Of a DNA stretch of 64,000 bases, positions 62,313 through 64,000 are shown one piece after another. The notes beneath the pieces were generated by a model. That model was not told the DNA's origin and searched no databases. It saw only the letters and a program-made list of their open reading frames with translations. The stretch lies in the IMG/VR virus record IMGVR_UViG_3300011116_000225, positions 5,408 to 69,407 of that record; one strand, given 5' to 3'. The first letter of the stretch is position 1. The number at the start of each line of letters is the position of its first letter. The stretch is from a virus. Both the position numbers and the translations under genes were made by a program.

Positions 62313-64000
62313 TCAACGACCTAGAAATCAGCACCGACATCGCATCCGCAGAAACGATGGATGACAGTGAGCTGCAAGGCATCATCACGTCTGACCTCGA
62401 GGACGCTGTCAGCTACATCGACTCCGACCTGAGTCCCATCAGGGCCAAGGGGACCGAGTACTACCGTGGTGACCCCTTTGGCAATGAGGAAGAGGGGCGA
62501 AGCCAGGTTGTCGCCATGGAGGTGCGAGACACTGTCAGCGCCATGATGCCAAGCCTCATGCGCGTATTTTTCAGCACCGAGAATGTTGTTGAGTACATCC
62601 CCCGCGGCCCAGAAGACGTGAAGGGTGCGCAGCAGGCAACTGACTATGCAAACCTGATTTTTAACTCTGACAACAACGGGTTTATGACCACTTATGCGAT
62701 CTTCAAGGATGCGCTGGTCAGGAAGTGTGGCATTGCCAAGTATTACTGGGAAGAGGAAGAGAAGGTCCGCATCGAGGAGTACTCAGGTTTGGATGACCAG
62801 ACCCTGCAAATCTTGTCCCAGGAAAATGACGAGGTCAAGATCGTTGTGTCCTACCCTGACCCGGCCATCTCCCAGGAGATGATTGACCAGGTCAACGCGC
62901 AGGCCATGGCCGCAGGCCAGCCAGCGCCGCAAGTGCCCATGTTGCATGACGTGCAGATCAAGCGCATTGTCAAAGATGGGCGCGTGCGGATCATGGCCGT
63001 GCCGCCCGAGGAGCTGGTGATTGATCGCCGGGCACGGTCCTTTGAGGATGCTGCCCTGATTGCGCACCGCCAGATGCTGACCGTGGCCGAGTTGATCTCC
63101 ATGGGATATGACGAGGACGAGGTGCGCGACAACTTGACCTCCAACGACCTGGACTCCAACGAGGAGTTTTTGGCGCGTCAGCCACTGAATAACATCACGG
63201 GCAACAACAACACGACCAACCCCATGATGCAGCGGGTTTTATACGTTGAGGCGTACTCTCAGGTGGACTATGACGGGGACGGCATCCCCGAGTTGCGCAA
63301 GATCTGCTGCATGGGTTCTGGCTACAACATTGTGCGCAACCTGCCAGCAGCCTATATCCCCTTTGTGGACTTTCCCTGCGATCCAGAACCCCACACCTCG
63401 CCCCTGGAGTCCATGTCGATTTTCGACATCACCCATGATTTGCAAGAGATCAAATCTGAGATCTTGCGCAACACGCTGGACTCTTTGGCCCAGTCGATCC
63501 ACCCCAGGACCGCGATTGTCGAGGGCCAGGTCAACATCGATGACGTGCTCAACAACGAGACGGGTGCCGTGATCAGGATGCGTGCCCCCGGCATGGTGCA
63601 GCCATTCAATACCCCATTTGTGGGTCAGGCCGCATTCCCGATGCTGGACTATGTGGATCAGATCAAGGAAGACCGCACCGGCATGAGCAAGGCCGCCATG
63701 GGTTTGAATGCTGACGCATTGCAGTCGAGCACCAAGGCCGCGGTGGCCGCCACCATCAGCGCAAGCCAAGGCCGCATTGAGCTGACCTCGCGGATCTTGG
63801 CCGAGGGCATGAAAAAGCTCTTTAGGGGCATCTTGTTCTTGATCACCACGCACCAGGACAAACCTCGCATGGTGCGCCTGCGCAACGAGTGGGTGCAGAT
63901 CGACCCACGCGCCTGGGACAACTCCATGGACGTGTCGATCAACATTGGCCTGGGCCAGGGTGACACCAACGAGCGCTTGCAGGGTCTGATGATGCTCATG
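62309..64000 (+). CDS. Portal protein (copy 2, 3' truncated by window)
   Basis: ATG ATC AAC GAC CTA GAA ATC AGC; collinear with 27619-29310. Confidence 0.9.
   Translation, partial: MINDLEISTDIASAETMDDSELQGIITSDLEDAVSYIDSDLSPIRAKGTEYYRGDPFGNEEEGRSQVVAMEVRDTVSAMMPSLMRVFFSTENVVEYIPRGPEDVKGAQQATDYANLIFNSDNNGFMTTYAIFKDALVRKCGIAKYYWEEEEKVRIEEYSGLDDQTLQILSQENDEVKIVVSYPDPAISQEMIDQVNAQAMAAGQPAPQVPMLHDVQIKRIVKDGRVRIMAVPPEELVIDRRARSFEDAALIAHRQMLTVAELISMGYDEDEVRDNLTSNDLDSNEEFLARQPLNNITGNNNTTNPMMQRVLYVEAYSQVDYDGDGIPELRKICCMGSGYNIVRNLPAAYIPFVDFPCDPEPHTSPLESMSIFDITHDLQEIKSEILRNTLDSLAQSIHPRTAIVEGQVNIDDVLNNETGAVIRMRAPGMVQPFNTPFVGQAAFPMLDYVDQIKEDRTGMSKAAMGLNADALQSSTKAAVAATISASQGRIELTSRILAEGMKKLFRGILFLITTHQDKPRMVRLRNEWVQIDPRAWDNSMDVSINIGLGQGDTNERLQGLMMLM

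Larger units (their letters stand above)
1..64000. mobile_element. Tailed dsDNA phage (podovirus-like, ~35 kb unit), tandem units
   Basis: terS/terL, portal, scaffold, capsid, tail hub, ejection proteins, lysis genes; no tape measure, sheath or host genes seen. Confidence 0.93.
36478..64000 (+). repeat. Phage genome unit, copy 2 (divergent tandem copy, truncated in portal by window end)
   Basis: Same order and orientation as copy 1, many synonymous differences and several gene indels. Confidence 0.97.

Noticed and set aside
1-64000. Integrase/att sites, tRNA or rRNA genes, DGR reverse transcriptase, invertase-driven fibre switching
   Set aside because: No recombinase, reverse transcriptase or cloverleaf recognisable by eye; fibre variation is between copies, not from local cassettes

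Overview
The window is entirely phage DNA: about 1.8 head-to-tail copies of a ~35-kb podovirus-like (P22/Sf6-type architecture) genome, with no host genes, integrase or visible junction. The copies are syntenic but divergent (1371-29310 is homologous to 36478-64000; offsets 35107 at the lysis cassette, 35026 at terL, 34690 at portal). Gene order per unit: tail fibre and chaperone; an expanded lysis cassette (holin-like genes, lipoprotein, Rz/Rz1, GH19 endolysin); tail hub; ejection proteins; a leftward early operon of small genes; a divergent control region; HTH, RuvC-like resolvase, DUF2800 nuclease, SSB-like protein and primase-helicase; terS and terL; small basic proteins; glycosyl- and methyltransferases; portal, scaffold, major capsid and tail genes. 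Comparing the two copies exposes conserved or co-varying non-coding elements. These are a four-DnaA-box array between terS and terL, an iteron/inverted-repeat element after the primase-helicase with a concerted base switch, a ~95-nt three-hairpin sRNA candidate with anti-Shine-Dalgarno loops, and a pseudoknotted RNA insert after terL. Swappable modules include an ART-like versus unrelated ejected effector, a PAPS-reductase-like gene versus a C5-methyltransferase with a nested beta-like ORF, the tail fibres and early genes. Functional calls come from motif recognition by eye, not from database searches.
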